IMG/VR virus record: IMGVR_UViG_3300029877_000014
DNA from: a virus
Lineage: Duplodnaviria > Heunggongvirae > Uroviricota > Caudoviricetes
Reading direction: 5' to 3' (one strand)
DNA length: 25,713 bases
This document shows positions 1-10,230 of the stretch, in pieces (the stretch's first letter is position 1; each line of letters starts with the position of its first letter). A model generated the notes under the pieces. The model saw only the letters and a list, made by a program, of their open reading frames with translations. It ran no database searches and was not told where the DNA came from. A program made the translations under genes and the position numbers.

Positions 1-905
1 TACAGCGCCCATTTGTCCACATCCGCCGCACCAAGACGTTTCCCCATGCCGTAGCGCGGGTGGGTCAGCATATCCCACAGACACCAGGCCATGTTGTTGC
101 TGTATGCTGGTTTTAACGTTCCGTCCCAGATACCGCTGTATTGTCGCGTCTGCGGGTTATAGTTCGACGGCACCTGCAGAATGCGCCCGCGAAGATGATA
201 ATTACGGCTCACCTGCTGGCTGCCGAACTGCTCCGAGTCCACCTGTACGCCGACCAGTGCCGTGTTCGGGTAGCACTGTTTCACATCGATGATCTCGGTG
301 TATGACGACCAGAGCGTTTTGTTCTGCAGCTGGTCTGTGGTGCTGTCCGGCGTCATCCTGCGCATCCGGATATTGAACGGGCGCGGCGGCAGGTTATCCA
401 CCACCACCGAGGCCAGATACTGCGAGGTGGTTTTGCCCTTAATGGTGATGTCTTTTTCCGTCACCCAGCCACCGTTACGCTGTATCTGAACCAGCAGGCG
501 GACTTCCGACGGATTCCTGTCTCCCTTTGAGGTGGTTTCCACCAGTGCCTGTACACCGAAGGTAAAGCGCAGACGGTCGATGTTTGCCGACGTGATGGTC
601 CGGGTGATCGGCGTTTCATATTTCACTTCCGTACCCAGCACCGTCTCGGAACCGGAGGATTCAAATCCCTCCGGCGGTGACTGCTCCTGCTCACCTGCCC
701 GGAACACCACCGTGACGCCGGAGATATTGGTATTCCCCTCACTGTCCAGCACCGGCGTACTGTTCAGCAGCACGCTTTTTAATCCATCCACCGGACCTTC
801 AATCGGCCCTTCACTGATGGCGTCTATCACGCTCAGCATCTGGGATGATTTCAGGTTGTCCTTCGCTTCGCGCGGGATATGCCCCTTACTGCTGCCTTTA
901 CCCAT
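1..905 (-). CDS. J: Host specificity / central tail fibre protein J, N-terminal part only (about 301 codons; gene continues past the window start)
   Basis: Minus-strand ATG at 905 reads MGKGSSKGHIPREAKDNLKSSQ..., matching the lambda J N-terminus as I recall it; frame is open to position 1 (e.g. ...PRYGMGKRLGAADVDKWALY at the edge). Missing from the ORF track because there is no in-window stop. The plus-strand ORFs 104..292, 289..489 and 532..939 are antisense artefacts. Confidence 0.85.
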   Translation of the reverse strand, partial: MGKGSSKGHIPREAKDNLKSSQMLSVIDAISEGPIEGPVDGLKSVLLNSTPVLDSEGNTNISGVTVVFRAGEQEQSPPEGFESSGSETVLGTEVKYETPITRTITSANIDRLRFTFGVQALVETTSKGDRNPSEVRLLVQIQRNGGWVTEKDITIKGKTTSQYLASVVVDNLPPRPFNIRMRRMTPDSTTDQLQNKTLWSSYTEIIDVKQCYPNTALVGVQVDSEQFGSQQVSRNYHLRGRILQVPSNYNPQTRQYSGIWDGTLKPAYSNNMAWCLWDMLTHPRYGMGKRLGAADVDKWAL

Positions 906-965
906 TCCTCACGCTCCAGAAACGACAAAACCGCCCTGAGGCGGTTTCACACAAAACATTCTGCA

Positions 966-1613
966 TCAACGACCAATCACCACAACCTGACCACCATCTC
1001 CTTCATCTGCCGTGCTGATCTCCTGCGAAATCACCCGTGACCCCACGCGCATTTCACCGTACAGAACCGGCAGAACATTGCCCTGGGCAACCATGTTATC
1101 CAGTGAGGAGAAATAGGTGTTCTGTTTGCCGTTATCCGTTGTCTGTGTACGGGGAGTTCTGGCTTTCGGTGCCAGCATCTGCGCCACACCACCGAGCACC
1201 ATACTGGCCCCCGCACCATACATTCCTGTAATTGCGGCAGCCCCCAACCAACCTGCAGGGTTCCACCATGCCACCGCAATCAGCGCCGCCCCCAGCACAG
1301 CCTGAAAAAGACCGCCACTTTTGGCTCCCGCCAGACGCGGCACAATGTGGATCACGGCACCATTTGCCAGCGGTTCATTAAGACGGGCTGATAATTCAGT
1401 TTCACCTGCATCACGCCCGGCAATGCGTACCTGATACCAGCCGTCGCTCAGTTTCTGACGAAACGCCGGAAGCTGTGTGGTCAGCGCCCGGACTGCTTCG
1501 GCCCCCGTTTTCACACGCAGGTCGATGCGGCAGCCAAATCGTTGTAAATCCCCGTAAAGGCAGATTCGCGCCATGCCCGGTGACGCCAGAGGGAGTGTGT
1601 GCGTCGCTGCCAT
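966..1613 (-). CDS. I: Tail assembly protein I (lambda I-like)
   Basis: 215-aa ORF starting MAATHTLPLASPGMARICLYGDLQRFG... and ending ...EGDGGQVVVIGR, matching lambda gpI at both ends from memory; overlaps the 3' end of K. Confidence 0.85.
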   Translation of the reverse strand: MAATHTLPLASPGMARICLYGDLQRFGCRIDLRVKTGAEAVRALTTQLPAFRQKLSDGWYQVRIAGRDAGETELSARLNEPLANGAVIHIVPRLAGAKSGGLFQAVLGAALIAVAWWNPAGWLGAAAITGMYGAGASMVLGGVAQMLAPKARTPRTQTTDNGKQNTYFSSLDNMVAQGNVLPVLYGEMRVGSRVISQEISTADEGDGGQVVVIGR

Positions 1614-2254
1614 TTGTCGGTATACCTCTCTCGTTTACTCAGTTGTTCAGGAATATGGTGCAGCAGCTCGCCGTCACCACAGTAAATGGCGGCATGATTC
1701 GGCACCGATGAACCAAAACAGCACAGCAGCACATCACCCGGTTGTGCTGATGACAACGGCACCTGATACAGCCCTGTGGCCTCCAGATTATCCAGATAGA
1801 GATTCTGGTCGTTACGCCACCAGTCATCCTCACGATGAAAATCCGGCATCTCAATCCCCGCCAGATGGTAAGCGTCCCGGAACAGCGTGTAACAATCCGT
1901 CACCCCGTGCTCAAAGCGCCGCCCGGTAAGATGCGGCACACAGCGGAATTTATGAATCGCCCCCCGGCAGACCAGCCACCATGGCAAATCACTCTGCACC
2001 TGCAGCCGCCGGTCAGCCTCACTCAGCCAGGGCAGGCCACCGGGGTGGCTGTGGACCAGCGCCACAATCTCACCCTGCATCTCTGCCCGCAGCCAGTCCT
2101 CCGGCGACATCCGGAAATAATCCTCCGGCTCACCGGAGATATTCACGCAGGGAAAATATCTTTCCCCTTCCGACGTTCTCACCACGAAGCCGCACGACTC
2201 CGCTGGCGCACATCGCCGGGCGTGCGCCAGAATCGCTGATTCTGTCTCTGTCAT
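1511..2254 (-). CDS. K: Tail tip assembly protein K (JAB/MPN-like HSHP motif plus NlpC/P60-like region)
   Basis: 247-aa ORF with ...EIVALVHSHPGG... and a downstream Cys/His region; sits between L and I as in lambda. Confidence 0.75.
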   Translation of the reverse strand: MTETESAILAHARRCAPAESCGFVVRTSEGERYFPCVNISGEPEDYFRMSPEDWLRAEMQGEIVALVHSHPGGLPWLSEADRRLQVQSDLPWWLVCRGAIHKFRCVPHLTGRRFEHGVTDCYTLFRDAYHLAGIEMPDFHREDDWWRNDQNLYLDNLEATGLYQVPLSSAQPGDVLLCCFGSSVPNHAAIYCGDGELLHHIPEQLSKRERYTDKWQRRTHSLWRHRAWRESAFTGIYNDLAAASTCV

Positions 2255-2259
2255 GGGAT

Positions 2260-2958
2260 TTACTGCGAAAGTTTGTTAATGGAAAGGAAGCCGCCAAAGT
2301 TGCCGACATTATTGCGGAACTTACAGCCACTCAGGCATTTGCTGCATTTATCCTTCGTGATTTCGGATGTCGGCTGGTCATATTCATCCGCGACCGCCGG
2401 ACCGTGATAACCGCACTCATCACCGCGATAGGTCCAGGTGCAGGTATTAGCAAGCATGATGCGCCCCGGAAAAACAGCGCCGTCCGTTTCCGTCGGCGTG
2501 GACAGTACAAAGGAGGCACTGACCGCGCTCAGTTCGCTGCACTGCTCAATACGCCAGCGGCTGATCACCTCCTGCTCCGGATCGGCGTCACTGTTTCCGT
2601 TGACGAAGTTCACCGCATCCAGAAAACGGGCGTAAACCTTACGCCTGACCACCGTTCCGCCGACCAGACTCTGCAGGTCTTCCGCCATCCCGGTGACCAT
2701 GCCGTGCAGATTAGAGACTTTCAGCGTTGGCCTTGCACTGGCACCTTTGCCGTTCATCTCAAATCCACTCCCCTGAATGGGATAGGCCTGATACTGCCGA
2801 CTCTGCCAGGTGACAGACTCTCCTTTCTCGTTCTGCTCATTGCAGAAAAAGTAGCGATCCCCGCCTACCTCGGTCAGGTCGATTTCCCAGAGCACCACGC
2901 TGGCCGACTGCTCCGCACGAATGCATTCATTCAGCGTTTCCTGTTGTATGTCCTGCAT
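2260..2958 (-). CDS. L: Minor tail protein L
   Basis: 232-aa ORF, the same length as lambda gpL and in the same position; ATGA start/stop overlap with M at 2958. Confidence 0.8.
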   Translation of the reverse strand: MQDIQQETLNECIRAEQSASVVLWEIDLTEVGGDRYFFCNEQNEKGESVTWQSRQYQAYPIQGSGFEMNGKGASARPTLKVSNLHGMVTGMAEDLQSLVGGTVVRRKVYARFLDAVNFVNGNSDADPEQEVISRWRIEQCSELSAVSASFVLSTPTETDGAVFPGRIMLANTCTWTYRGDECGYHGPAVADEYDQPTSEITKDKCSKCLSGCKFRNNVGNFGGFLSINKLSQ

Positions 2959-3254
2959 CAGATCACCACTTCGTCAAACTGACACGAAAAATCGGTATAG
3001 GTGATATGTTCTGTCGCTGACCACGTTCGACACACCACTCTGATTTTTCTGTTAATACCAGGCGGGCGCCAAAAAAAAGATTTATAGCCTTCATGCCGGG
3101 CTAAAAATTTTTCAAATGAATCACGTTCATTCGCCTCAACTTTGAAATCACAGGTGAAAACGCGCAGAGAATGATTAAGTCCATTTGGACTTCGTTGCTC
3201 ATAACCATCGCCAAATCTTACAGTTTTTATCGATGGTTTATTTTCTGTTTTCAT
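2958..3254 (-). CDS. M: Minor tail protein M
   Basis: The ORF track starts at 3296, which is a GTG overlapping the tape-measure stop. The first ATG is at 3254 (MKTENKPSIKTVRFGDGYEQR...), preceded by GAGGATGGA, and resembles the lambda gpM N-terminus. Confidence 0.7.
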   Translation of the reverse strand: MKTENKPSIKTVRFGDGYEQRSPNGLNHSLRVFTCDFKVEANERDSFEKFLARHEGYKSFFWRPPGINRKIRVVCRTWSATEHITYTDFSCQFDEVVI

Positions 3255-3288
3255 TCCATCCTCTGGTAACCAGTGAAATTCTTCCGTA

Positions 3289-6200
3289 TTAGCCACTTAA
3301 CATTCCCCCATCACGTCGCATATTTAACAGATTGCCCTGCACCCGCTGATCAACCATCCCCATAAGTGCTTTTATTGCCTGAGGGCCAATCTCTCCATTC
3401 TGGCCGTCATTTTGAATAGTGATTTGGTATACAGGGGCATAGGTAATATCTCCGCCTCCATTACCACTTTTACTATTAATAGCTCTGACACCAAGAGAAC
3501 CATCGGATGTTCGTGTTAATGGCATAATGGCTTCCGGACCAGCCTCACCAAAAACACCAGCCCCTTTTGCAAAAGCAAAAAATTGCGGGGAATCATAAAT
3601 ACCGTTCGAATACGTGTTCAATGACGGAGACTCATAAACACCGCCCTTTGCATTCGGAATAAATTTACTAATAGCACTCCCGATAGTTCCTAAAATCCCC
3701 CCCGAAGAACTGTTACTAATGCTGTCGAAAATCCCAGTAATTGAAGCCTTTAATGCTATTCGACTAAGATCCGAAATCACGGAAGTAGCGAAAGAACGAA
3801 AATTTGCCTTGCCTGTCGTGACAAAATCACCCAGCGCATCGGTCATTCCATCAAACATCTGAGTCGTGGTTGATTTTATCTGCTCACTGATATCCTTAGT
3901 GTCATCCAGCCAGTTATTGAATCCCTGGGAGGCACCACTAACCCAGTCTCCTGCCTGAATATCGAGCTGCTCGTTTTTCTGTCTGACAATTTCTTTTTCT
4001 CGTTCCAGAGCATCATTCAGAGCCTGCATTTTCTCCTGAAAAACATGATTTGACATCCCACGGGATTTATCTGCATAGTCACGTTCAAGTTGCAGACGCT
4101 GATTGTTATATTCACGTTCAATCCGCAGTAATTCCTGCTGGCGTTGCTGATTTTTATCGCCAACCCCATAACCAGCAATCTGAATATCATACCCCTGTTG
4201 ACGATTATCAATCGAAGCCTGCAATAAATCACGCCATGCAGCTATTTCGGCGGATTCCTTGATTAGCCTGTTATTTTTTTCAATCGCAACATTTTTCTCC
4301 ATCAACGCGGTTATTTCTTCCCGGTGTAAGAGAAGCGATTTCTGATCCTGGGTTAATTTCGATGACGGTCGTGACTCCAGGTCGGCAATCTGCTGACGCC
4401 ACTTAACCAGTTCCTGTTCAGAGGAACTTAATTTAACGGTTAATTCAGTTTGTGAACTTAGTAACGCATTCTGTTGATTCAGATGATCAATCATTCGTTG
4501 GGCAGCATCATCCGAATAACCTTTCGCCTTTGGTTGCTTTGGATCTTTATAACGCTCATTTATTTGAGCGATAAAATTATTATATTCTTCCTTTGAATAC
4601 TGACTCTTTAGCTTTTCCAGTTTTGCAAGTTCACTAGCTCTCTGCTGCTCCCGGGTCTGATATTGTTTTGAAAAGGCATCTGCTCTCTGTCTGAGTTCAA
4701 TTCCTTCCTGTTGTCGCTTGTTGTAATCGTTTATTGATGAATTTAGGACGTCCTGAGCAATTTTTTCTGCTTGAAGTACGCCCAATTGCTGCTTTAATCG
4801 TGCCAGCCTTTTATTTTGAGCTCCGCCATCTCCAATGCCACCTAACCCGAAAACTCCGGGTCGGGTATTTTTTTCTATTTCATCAATTTGACGGAGAACA
4901 TCTGAGATTTTTTGATCAAGGGAGGCCTCACGGCCAATGTCCAGCATGGAATCCCATGCCCATTTTGCGGAGTCTGCGACAGCTTTCCATGCAGTCTCAA
5001 GATAACCAAGATTTTCTTTAATCTGGTTGGTGCGCTGGATCATTGAGGATGAGTATGCTTCTGTCGCAATGCGGGCGGCCTCCTGCTGGTTCCCTTCATC
5101 CTGTAGCGCCTTAATCTGGTTATAAGTCGCAATTGTCAGAAAATGGTACTGATCATTAAGTTTTGATATGGCACTGACAGGATCCTTTGCAATTTCATTG
5201 AAGTCATTAACCAGTTGTTCGGTTGATATTCCTGTTACTTCGCTCGTTTTTACTATCGCTGTCGTCACTTGCTCCAGCGAACTGCTCGCTACCTTTCCCG
5301 AACGCACAAGCTGGTTTAATACTGCCGCCGCAGCGCCAGTTGTCGAATCAGCCGCATTCCCGGCACGTTGAGCTATATCGGCCAATTGCCCGCTGGTTGT
5401 CCCCAACTGATTTCCGGTAAGAATAAGAGATTTATTAAATTCGTCCTGCTCCTGAGAGCCTTTATAGTAAGCCAGCCCTAAGACGCCAACGGCTGCTGCG
5501 GCCAGGGTAAAAGGATTAATTAATCCCAGCACATAAGAACCAACACCTTTGATCGCCGGGCCAATCCCACCGAACATATCTTTTAGCTGGCCGCCCTGCT
5601 GCATTAACACCATAAAAGGCGACTGACCAGTGGACAACCCAACAACAATATCCGTCATTTGTGCAGGCAACATGCGCATAGCAAAAGCCGTTTGTTTTGC
5701 CGACATTCCGGTTTTGCTTAATTGAGATTGAGTAACCTCAAGCTCACTCCGCATAGCACGAAGTTTTCCAGAAAGTTCCTCATACATTTCAGGAGAGAGC
5801 ATCCCCTTAGCTTTTGCTTCATTGAGCTGTTTCTGTTGTTCTACCAGACGATTAAAAGCAGTTCCGACAGGGTCAAGTTGAGCAATCAGACGTTGCAAAG
5901 CAGCAACCTGTTCATCATGCGCTTTTGCTGCTTCTCGCTCTGCCTGAGCCTCTCCGGTAAGCTCTCGCCGTGTTTCCTGTATTTTTCGGCTATAATTCTC
6001 AAACTGAGAACCATTTATTTTCCCGGATGCAAACGCAGCATTAAGTTCATCCTGCTGTTGTTCAAGATTTCTTAGCGCCGCAGCCAGAGGGTCGATCTTG
6101 TCCAGCATTCTTTGAAAGGCCTGAGCCTGCGCTTCCTGCTGGGCGGCAGCAAGTTTTCCGGCCTTCTCGGCTTCTCTCTGCGCTTGCGCAACCCCGCTCA

Positions 6201-6522
6201 ATTCCTCTGTGGTTTCATTAAGTTTACGGACAAGAAATTCATATTCTTCTTTATCAATAAGCCCTTTATCGAAAAATTTCTTTAATTCAGAATAGCGTCG
6301 ACCGACAGTATCAATTGCGGCACCAACTGGATCAATAGCTGCTTTTAATTTTGCGAGCGCGTTCTTCTCATCTTCTGTTGCCTTAGTCACTTTCCCTGCG
6401 CTATTTGCAGCAGTTTCCCCGGCCTGCGTCATTTTGACTAATGAGGAGGTCAGATTGTCAGCATTATTTTTTGCTCCAGTGCTATCAATAATTATTGCGA
6501 GACGCGAGGTTTGCTCTGCCAT
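3289..6522 (-). CDS. Tail tape measure protein (1077 aa)
   Basis: Very long, Ala/Gln/Glu-rich coiled-coil ORF with a glycine-rich hydrophobic segment, directly upstream of M/L/K/I/J. RBS GGAG precedes the ATG at 6522. Confidence 0.85.
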   Translation of the reverse strand: MAEQTSRLAIIIDSTGAKNNADNLTSSLVKMTQAGETAANSAGKVTKATEDEKNALAKLKAAIDPVGAAIDTVGRRYSELKKFFDKGLIDKEEYEFLVRKLNETTEELSGVAQAQREAEKAGKLAAAQQEAQAQAFQRMLDKIDPLAAALRNLEQQQDELNAAFASGKINGSQFENYSRKIQETRRELTGEAQAEREAAKAHDEQVAALQRLIAQLDPVGTAFNRLVEQQKQLNEAKAKGMLSPEMYEELSGKLRAMRSELEVTQSQLSKTGMSAKQTAFAMRMLPAQMTDIVVGLSTGQSPFMVLMQQGGQLKDMFGGIGPAIKGVGSYVLGLINPFTLAAAAVGVLGLAYYKGSQEQDEFNKSLILTGNQLGTTSGQLADIAQRAGNAADSTTGAAAAVLNQLVRSGKVASSSLEQVTTAIVKTSEVTGISTEQLVNDFNEIAKDPVSAISKLNDQYHFLTIATYNQIKALQDEGNQQEAARIATEAYSSSMIQRTNQIKENLGYLETAWKAVADSAKWAWDSMLDIGREASLDQKISDVLRQIDEIEKNTRPGVFGLGGIGDGGAQNKRLARLKQQLGVLQAEKIAQDVLNSSINDYNKRQQEGIELRQRADAFSKQYQTREQQRASELAKLEKLKSQYSKEEYNNFIAQINERYKDPKQPKAKGYSDDAAQRMIDHLNQQNALLSSQTELTVKLSSSEQELVKWRQQIADLESRPSSKLTQDQKSLLLHREEITALMEKNVAIEKNNRLIKESAEIAAWRDLLQASIDNRQQGYDIQIAGYGVGDKNQQRQQELLRIEREYNNQRLQLERDYADKSRGMSNHVFQEKMQALNDALEREKEIVRQKNEQLDIQAGDWVSGASQGFNNWLDDTKDISEQIKSTTTQMFDGMTDALGDFVTTGKANFRSFATSVISDLSRIALKASITGIFDSISNSSSGGILGTIGSAISKFIPNAKGGVYESPSLNTYSNGIYDSPQFFAFAKGAGVFGEAGPEAIMPLTRTSDGSLGVRAINSKSGNGGGDITYAPVYQITIQNDGQNGEIGPQAIKALMGMVDQRVQGNLLNMRRDGGMLSG

Positions 6523-6542
6523 TTATTAAAACTCCAGACAAC

Positions 6543-6565
6543 AAAAAGCCCACCGAAGTGGGTTT
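6543..6565 (-). terminator. Intrinsic-terminator-like hairpin (CCCAC-UUCG-GUGGG followed by CUUUUU) between the GT-type gene and the tape measure gene
   Basis: Minus strand reads aaacccac ttcg gtgggc ttttt gttg; read directly from the sequence. Confidence 0.45.
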
Positions 6566-6685
6566 CAGGCGACATAATAGTAGATATAGCGATTACGAGG
6601 CCACGCAATGCTTTTCTCCAGGAGCATCATCGATTTAATTAAAGACACCATCACATCTCTGTAACAGAGTGTACGTAATTAACAA

Positions 6686-7006
6686 CTACACACACTGATC
6701 CTGAAAATACTGGTCATCCAGTGCAAAGATCACTGCTTCAAACTCATCGCGCTCAATCAATACCGGATGAGTGGCTAAATATTCATTTATCTCTGTCAGA
6801 GATAAAGGCAAAGGCACCCCGGTCATTCCAGCATAACGTCGGGCACGGGATATTACCGAATAGGCGTACAACAATTCCTTAAGCACCGGGTCTATTTCTG
6901 GTTCCGGTATCGGTGGCAACCTGAGTTTTTCTCGCTTCCATCTTGCCTTTTCCCCCCTTTCTCCCCCGAACTCCGATAACCACCGCTGGGCGGCTATGGC
7001 TTTTTT
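6686..7006 (-). CDS. T-like extension of the tail assembly chaperone, reached by a -1 frameshift (GT-type fusion product)
   Basis: The -1 frame is open from the slippery site (KKAIAAQRWLSEFGGERGEKARWKREKLRLPPIPEPEIDPV...) to the stop at 6686. The track reports only 6686..6919 because it begins at an internal TTG. Confidence 0.6.
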   Translation of the reverse strand, partial: KKAIAAQRWLSEFGGERGEKARWKREKLRLPPIPEPEIDPVLKELLYAYSVISRARRYAGMTGVPLPLSLTEINEYLATHPVLIERDEFEAVIFALDDQYFQDQCV

Positions 7007-7455
7007 ATCGTATCCTGCTTCTGCTGCTCTTTACCCTGGGCGATGCTGGCTGCTTCTGCAAGGATCTGCCAGTACAACTCTGGATTCTGCTTAAGCAGCG
7101 CGATCCCTCGTTCTGGCGTATATTCCAGTGCAACCTCAGCACCATTAACCAGTTCACCAACCCCTTTCCAGTCTTTCAGCAGATAACGAGCAGCATTATC
7201 AATGAGTAAATCATCAACAGAATCTACCTCGGAAACCTTTGAAATATCAAACTCCTTCGTTCCGACGTGCAAACTGGCATCCATTTTCTCAATGTGACGA
7301 CGGATTAATGCATTACGGGAGCGATACTGATCGTTATCGCTGCTTGCCACCAACAGTTTTAACCCGTCTACAGGTTTTAAGTCCTTCATTGGCGTAAACC
7401 AGCGTTCTCCACCGATGATAATTTTCTGATTAAGAATAAACATCCATAACCTCAT
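6994..7455 (-). CDS. Tail assembly chaperone (lambda G-like)
   Basis: 153-aa ORF between the major tail protein and the tape measure; ends ...ATA AAA AAG CCA TAG, i.e. a slippery heptamer immediately before the stop. Confidence 0.7.
   Translation of the reverse strand: MRLWMFILNQKIIIGGERWFTPMKDLKPVDGLKLLVASSDNDQYRSRNALIRRHIEKMDASLHVGTKEFDISKVSEVDSVDDLLIDNAARYLLKDWKGVGELVNGAEVALEYTPERGIALLKQNPELYWQILAEAASIAQGKEQQKQDTIKKP
7000..7006 (-). promoter_or_regulatory. -1 programmed ribosomal frameshift slippery heptamer A AAA AAG
   Basis: Plus-strand cttttt t at 7000-7006 is AAAAAAG on the minus strand, in the X XXY YYZ register of the G-like gene, two codons before its stop. Confidence 0.65.
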
Positions 7456-7503
7456 TCAATGCGTCCCCCTGTAGTGCAGTACCACAGGGGGAATAACGGA
7501 AAA

Positions 7504-8466
7504 TCAACTAATCGCATCAGCACTGGCTTTTGCGATCACGGCAGTCGGGGAGCATTTTTTTCTGGTTATCGTAGGTGCTTCATCTGCTGCGGTAATGCTC
7601 AATTGAACCTGGATAATGTCAGTATTACCCCCATCAGGCCATTCACCTGACACCTGAACCTTCGGGAAACTGAAAGTGTATGCCCCCTCTCCATTCGAAA
7701 GCGTGAAGCTGAACGGAACTGTTTCTCCAGTCAGTGTTTTACTCCAGATTTCCCACGCGGCTTTAGACCATGAAAGCGTCACCGTACCGGACGGTGTAAA
7801 AGTAGTCGGAATATTTGCTCCTGCATAAGGCGAGCCAGTCCCGATACAACGCTGTGTCTGGAGTTTGTTATCGAACTGAATATCAAAACTGTCGATACAA
7901 AAACCGTTACCTCCGGCAACACCATTCAGGCTTACTGCTGAAACCTCCTTAAACGAATAGCGTAACTTTCCTGCACTATCCACAGGTTTGCCTTTGATAA
8001 AATTCGTATCATCGGCCTTTGTTTCCCAGCCCAGCCCGGCAAAGGTTACGGTCGCTGTAATATCGCCGTCGTTAGGGATCTGCATTTTCCATGAGCCAAC
8101 CTGCGCTCCTCTGACGACAGAGGCAATTCCGACATCGGACGCATAGGTCGCCAGAGAAAATGTTATTCGCTCATTCCCCATTGTCAGAGAATCGCCTGAC
8201 CATTCCGCGCCGAAACAGGATGCAAGAAAATCATCATGTTGACCCCAGCGAAATTTGGTACCAACATCACCGCCGACATCCACAGTGCCAGGCGTCGCCC
8301 CCTGAGCCATCCGGGAGCCACCAATCTCATTATTTTCGCCTTTATTCTGGGTGGGTTTTACTCCCCAGCTTGTGCGTTTTAATAAACTCCAGTCACCACT
8401 TGCTGGCGTAGTGCCTGCAACTGTCTCCCGGATAAATGCCGAGATAACCTTTGCACCTGAACTCAC
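7504..8466 (-). CDS. Major tail protein, probably with a C-terminal Ig-like extension
   Basis: 320-aa ORF immediately upstream of the G/GT chaperone pair; Thr/Ser/Gly-rich beta-type composition. Assigned by position and composition only. Confidence 0.6.
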   Translation of the reverse strand: MSSGAKVISAFIRETVAGTTPASGDWSLLKRTSWGVKPTQNKGENNEIGGSRMAQGATPGTVDVGGDVGTKFRWGQHDDFLASCFGAEWSGDSLTMGNERITFSLATYASDVGIASVVRGAQVGSWKMQIPNDGDITATVTFAGLGWETKADDTNFIKGKPVDSAGKLRYSFKEVSAVSLNGVAGGNGFCIDSFDIQFDNKLQTQRCIGTGSPYAGANIPTTFTPSGTVTLSWSKAAWEIWSKTLTGETVPFSFTLSNGEGAYTFSFPKVQVSGEWPDGGNTDIIQVQLSITAADEAPTITRKKCSPTAVIAKASADAIS

Positions 8467-8492
8467 AGAAGCCTCCTATGTCATTAATTGCG

Positions 8493-8885
8493 CTAGAGCG
8501 CGCGATATGGAATTTGAAGATTAAGCTGGAACCAGCCATTCTTTTCGCCGACGGCTATTGAGGAAACAGCCTGGTAACTGAGACGATCGTCATCCTGAAA
8601 CTCAAACAGTTCCCGCAATTTATCGGCTGTCTCAGTAATGAGTTTTGAACCAGAACCTGCGGGGACAAATAACTGAATAATGATTATCCCCGTGCGATAA
8701 ACAACCGGCCCCGCGCCAATTTCATTAACCCCAGCCTGCCCGGGAATATTACTTAACCGCGCCCAGATTAACTTACCGGAAGGATCGAACGTTGGCCCGT
8801 TCGGATACAATACGTCTTTTCCATCAATAATCGTCTGTGCCGTCATTCTGGAAATAACCGTATTTCTGATTTCAGTAAACTTCAT
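8493..8885 (-). CDS. Tail terminator / tail completion protein (lambda U-like position)
   Basis: 130-aa ORF directly upstream of the major tail protein gene; assigned by synteny. Confidence 0.45.
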   Translation of the reverse strand: MKFTEIRNTVISRMTAQTIIDGKDVLYPNGPTFDPSGKLIWARLSNIPGQAGVNEIGAGPVVYRTGIIIIQLFVPAGSGSKLITETADKLRELFEFQDDDRLSYQAVSSIAVGEKNGWFQLNLQIPYRAL

Positions 8886-9262
8886 TTGTAAGCCTGTAAA
8901 ACACCATAAAAAGCGTTGGCATACACGCCAGTTGGCGCTTGTTGTGAATGACCGTTTTCAAGAGCCTCTGCATAAGGAAGGTTATTCTGGATATAAATAA
9001 CCCCGTAATTTGCAGCTTTCGAAATAACCCCGATCCCACGCTGAACAGCAATCGTACCGTTCGGATCCACGTTATCAGATATACCAAAATCGGGATGCTG
9101 TAACGACACCAGGTTGTTATTTCTGAAACGTCCGGTATCAACCGGAGCAGCAATATCAATAGCAGTAAGAATCTGCATAGCGATGTAGCGAATCTTCAGC
9201 CCTACATCTTCCTCAATCATCCCGGCAAATATTGACGGTTCTATATCCCATGCCTTTGCCAT
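8882..9262 (-). CDS. Head-tail joining / tail completion protein (HK97 gp10-like size and position)
   Basis: 126-aa ORF whose stop overlaps the next gene's start; assigned by synteny. Confidence 0.4.
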   Translation of the reverse strand: MAKAWDIEPSIFAGMIEEDVGLKIRYIAMQILTAIDIAAPVDTGRFRNNNLVSLQHPDFGISDNVDPNGTIAVQRGIGVISKAANYGVIYIQNNLPYAEALENGHSQQAPTGVYANAFYGVLQAYK

Positions 9263-9646
9263 TTACGCTCTCCTTAACTGGATAGAGTAAACTGATGCGG
9301 AAGGATCTAAACTTGCTGTAATTACCTCGTATCGTTGTAACTGCCTTGATACAGGATCATAAATCTCAATAATATGGTCGACAGCTGGTTTATCCGTAAC
9401 CTCGCATACCAGAGCGGTTAATTTAAGGTCACCATGCAAAATATTAATCCCATCAATTCTGCCCAGCTTATAACGTGTCAACACGCCTCGCCCGGTATAG
9501 ATTGCGGTGGATTCGCCGCCAGTTTCCGTCACAGGATCCCAGTGCCGGTGCGTAACGTAAGAACCAGAAAAATCACTCACGGCGTCCGCTAAATCCTCAT
9601 CAAAAGCAGCGGCAACCTCTGACTGAATCTCTTCACGAAGCCCCAT
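9263..9646 (-). CDS. Head-tail adaptor / head closure protein
   Basis: 127-aa ORF abutting its neighbours in the head-tail joining block. Confidence 0.4.
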   Translation of the reverse strand: MGLREEIQSEVAAAFDEDLADAVSDFSGSYVTHRHWDPVTETGGESTAIYTGRGVLTRYKLGRIDGINILHGDLKLTALVCEVTDKPAVDHIIEIYDPVSRQLQRYEVITASLDPSASVYSIQLRRA

Positions 9647-10041
9647 TATCCCCCCCTCACAACCCTGACTTGTGAGCGACTAAGTCCGTACGGTTTCAGC
9701 AGTGCTATCGCAAGCTGTAAATCGGGTTCAAGCAATGCAGTGCTGTTTGCTGGCAACTCAGAAAATGATTTCGATACACTGACCCCGTCAGCCGACACGG
9801 CTTTACTGATAACAACGCCAGAATCATTTTTCTGCTGAAACAACTTACCGAATGAGGCAATTCTGGCTGCATATGCTCCCGCAAGTTTTACCTCTTCCGG
9901 AATACGGGATGGGTTAATTTTCAGGTTGAAGCCATTAAGCCAGGCATTAGCCATTAAAACAGCTTTATTTTTAGCGTTCTCACTCGTCCAGGCGTTCCCA
10001 AACGCATTATCAACGTCATCACAGGTCACGTAAGTGATCAT
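9646..10041 (-). CDS. Head-tail connector protein (gp6-like position)
   Basis: 131-aa ORF downstream of the capsid gene region; assigned by synteny. Confidence 0.4.
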   Translation of the reverse strand: MITYVTCDDVDNAFGNAWTSENAKNKAVLMANAWLNGFNLKINPSRIPEEVKLAGAYAARIASFGKLFQQKNDSGVVISKAVSADGVSVSKSFSELPANSTALLEPDLQLAIALLKPYGLSRSQVRVVRGG

Positions 10042-10044
10042 GTG

Positions 10045-10221
10045 TTACTCCTGAGTTTTCCAGCCCATAGCCTTCCAGTTGTCAACTTCATCAGGATGAA
10101 CATTAGCGATAGTTGGTGCGCCGGGAAACATCTGATAATCGGTCACCATAACCACTAACTCAATTTGCGTTTTTTGTGCGGCTTCACGCTGTGCTCTTTG
10201 CTCTTTAGTTAATCCGGCCAT
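10045..10221 (-). CDS. Small hypothetical protein, 58 aa, not in the ORF track
   Basis: ATG at 10221 to TAA at 10045 translates to MAGLTKEQRAQREAAQKTQIELVVMVTDYQMFPGAPTIANVHPDEVDNWKAMGWKTQE. It fills the gap between the capsid gene and the connector gene, ending 3 nt before the next start. Confidence 0.35.
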   Translation of the reverse strand: MAGLTKEQRAQREAAQKTQIELVVMVTDYQMFPGAPTIANVHPDEVDNWKAMGWKTQE

Positions 10222-10230
10222 ATGCCCCCC

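Noticed and set aside
104-939. Plus-strand ORFs 104..292, 289..489 and 532..939 from the track
   Set aside because: They lie antisense to an uninterrupted minus-strand frame that reads as the lambda J N-terminus; their Pro/Arg/Ser-rich composition is typical of antisense artefacts.
1981-2982. 333-aa plus-strand ORF
   Set aside because: Antisense to the K and L genes and low-complexity (Pro/Ala/Arg-rich); no start context; treated as a shadow ORF.
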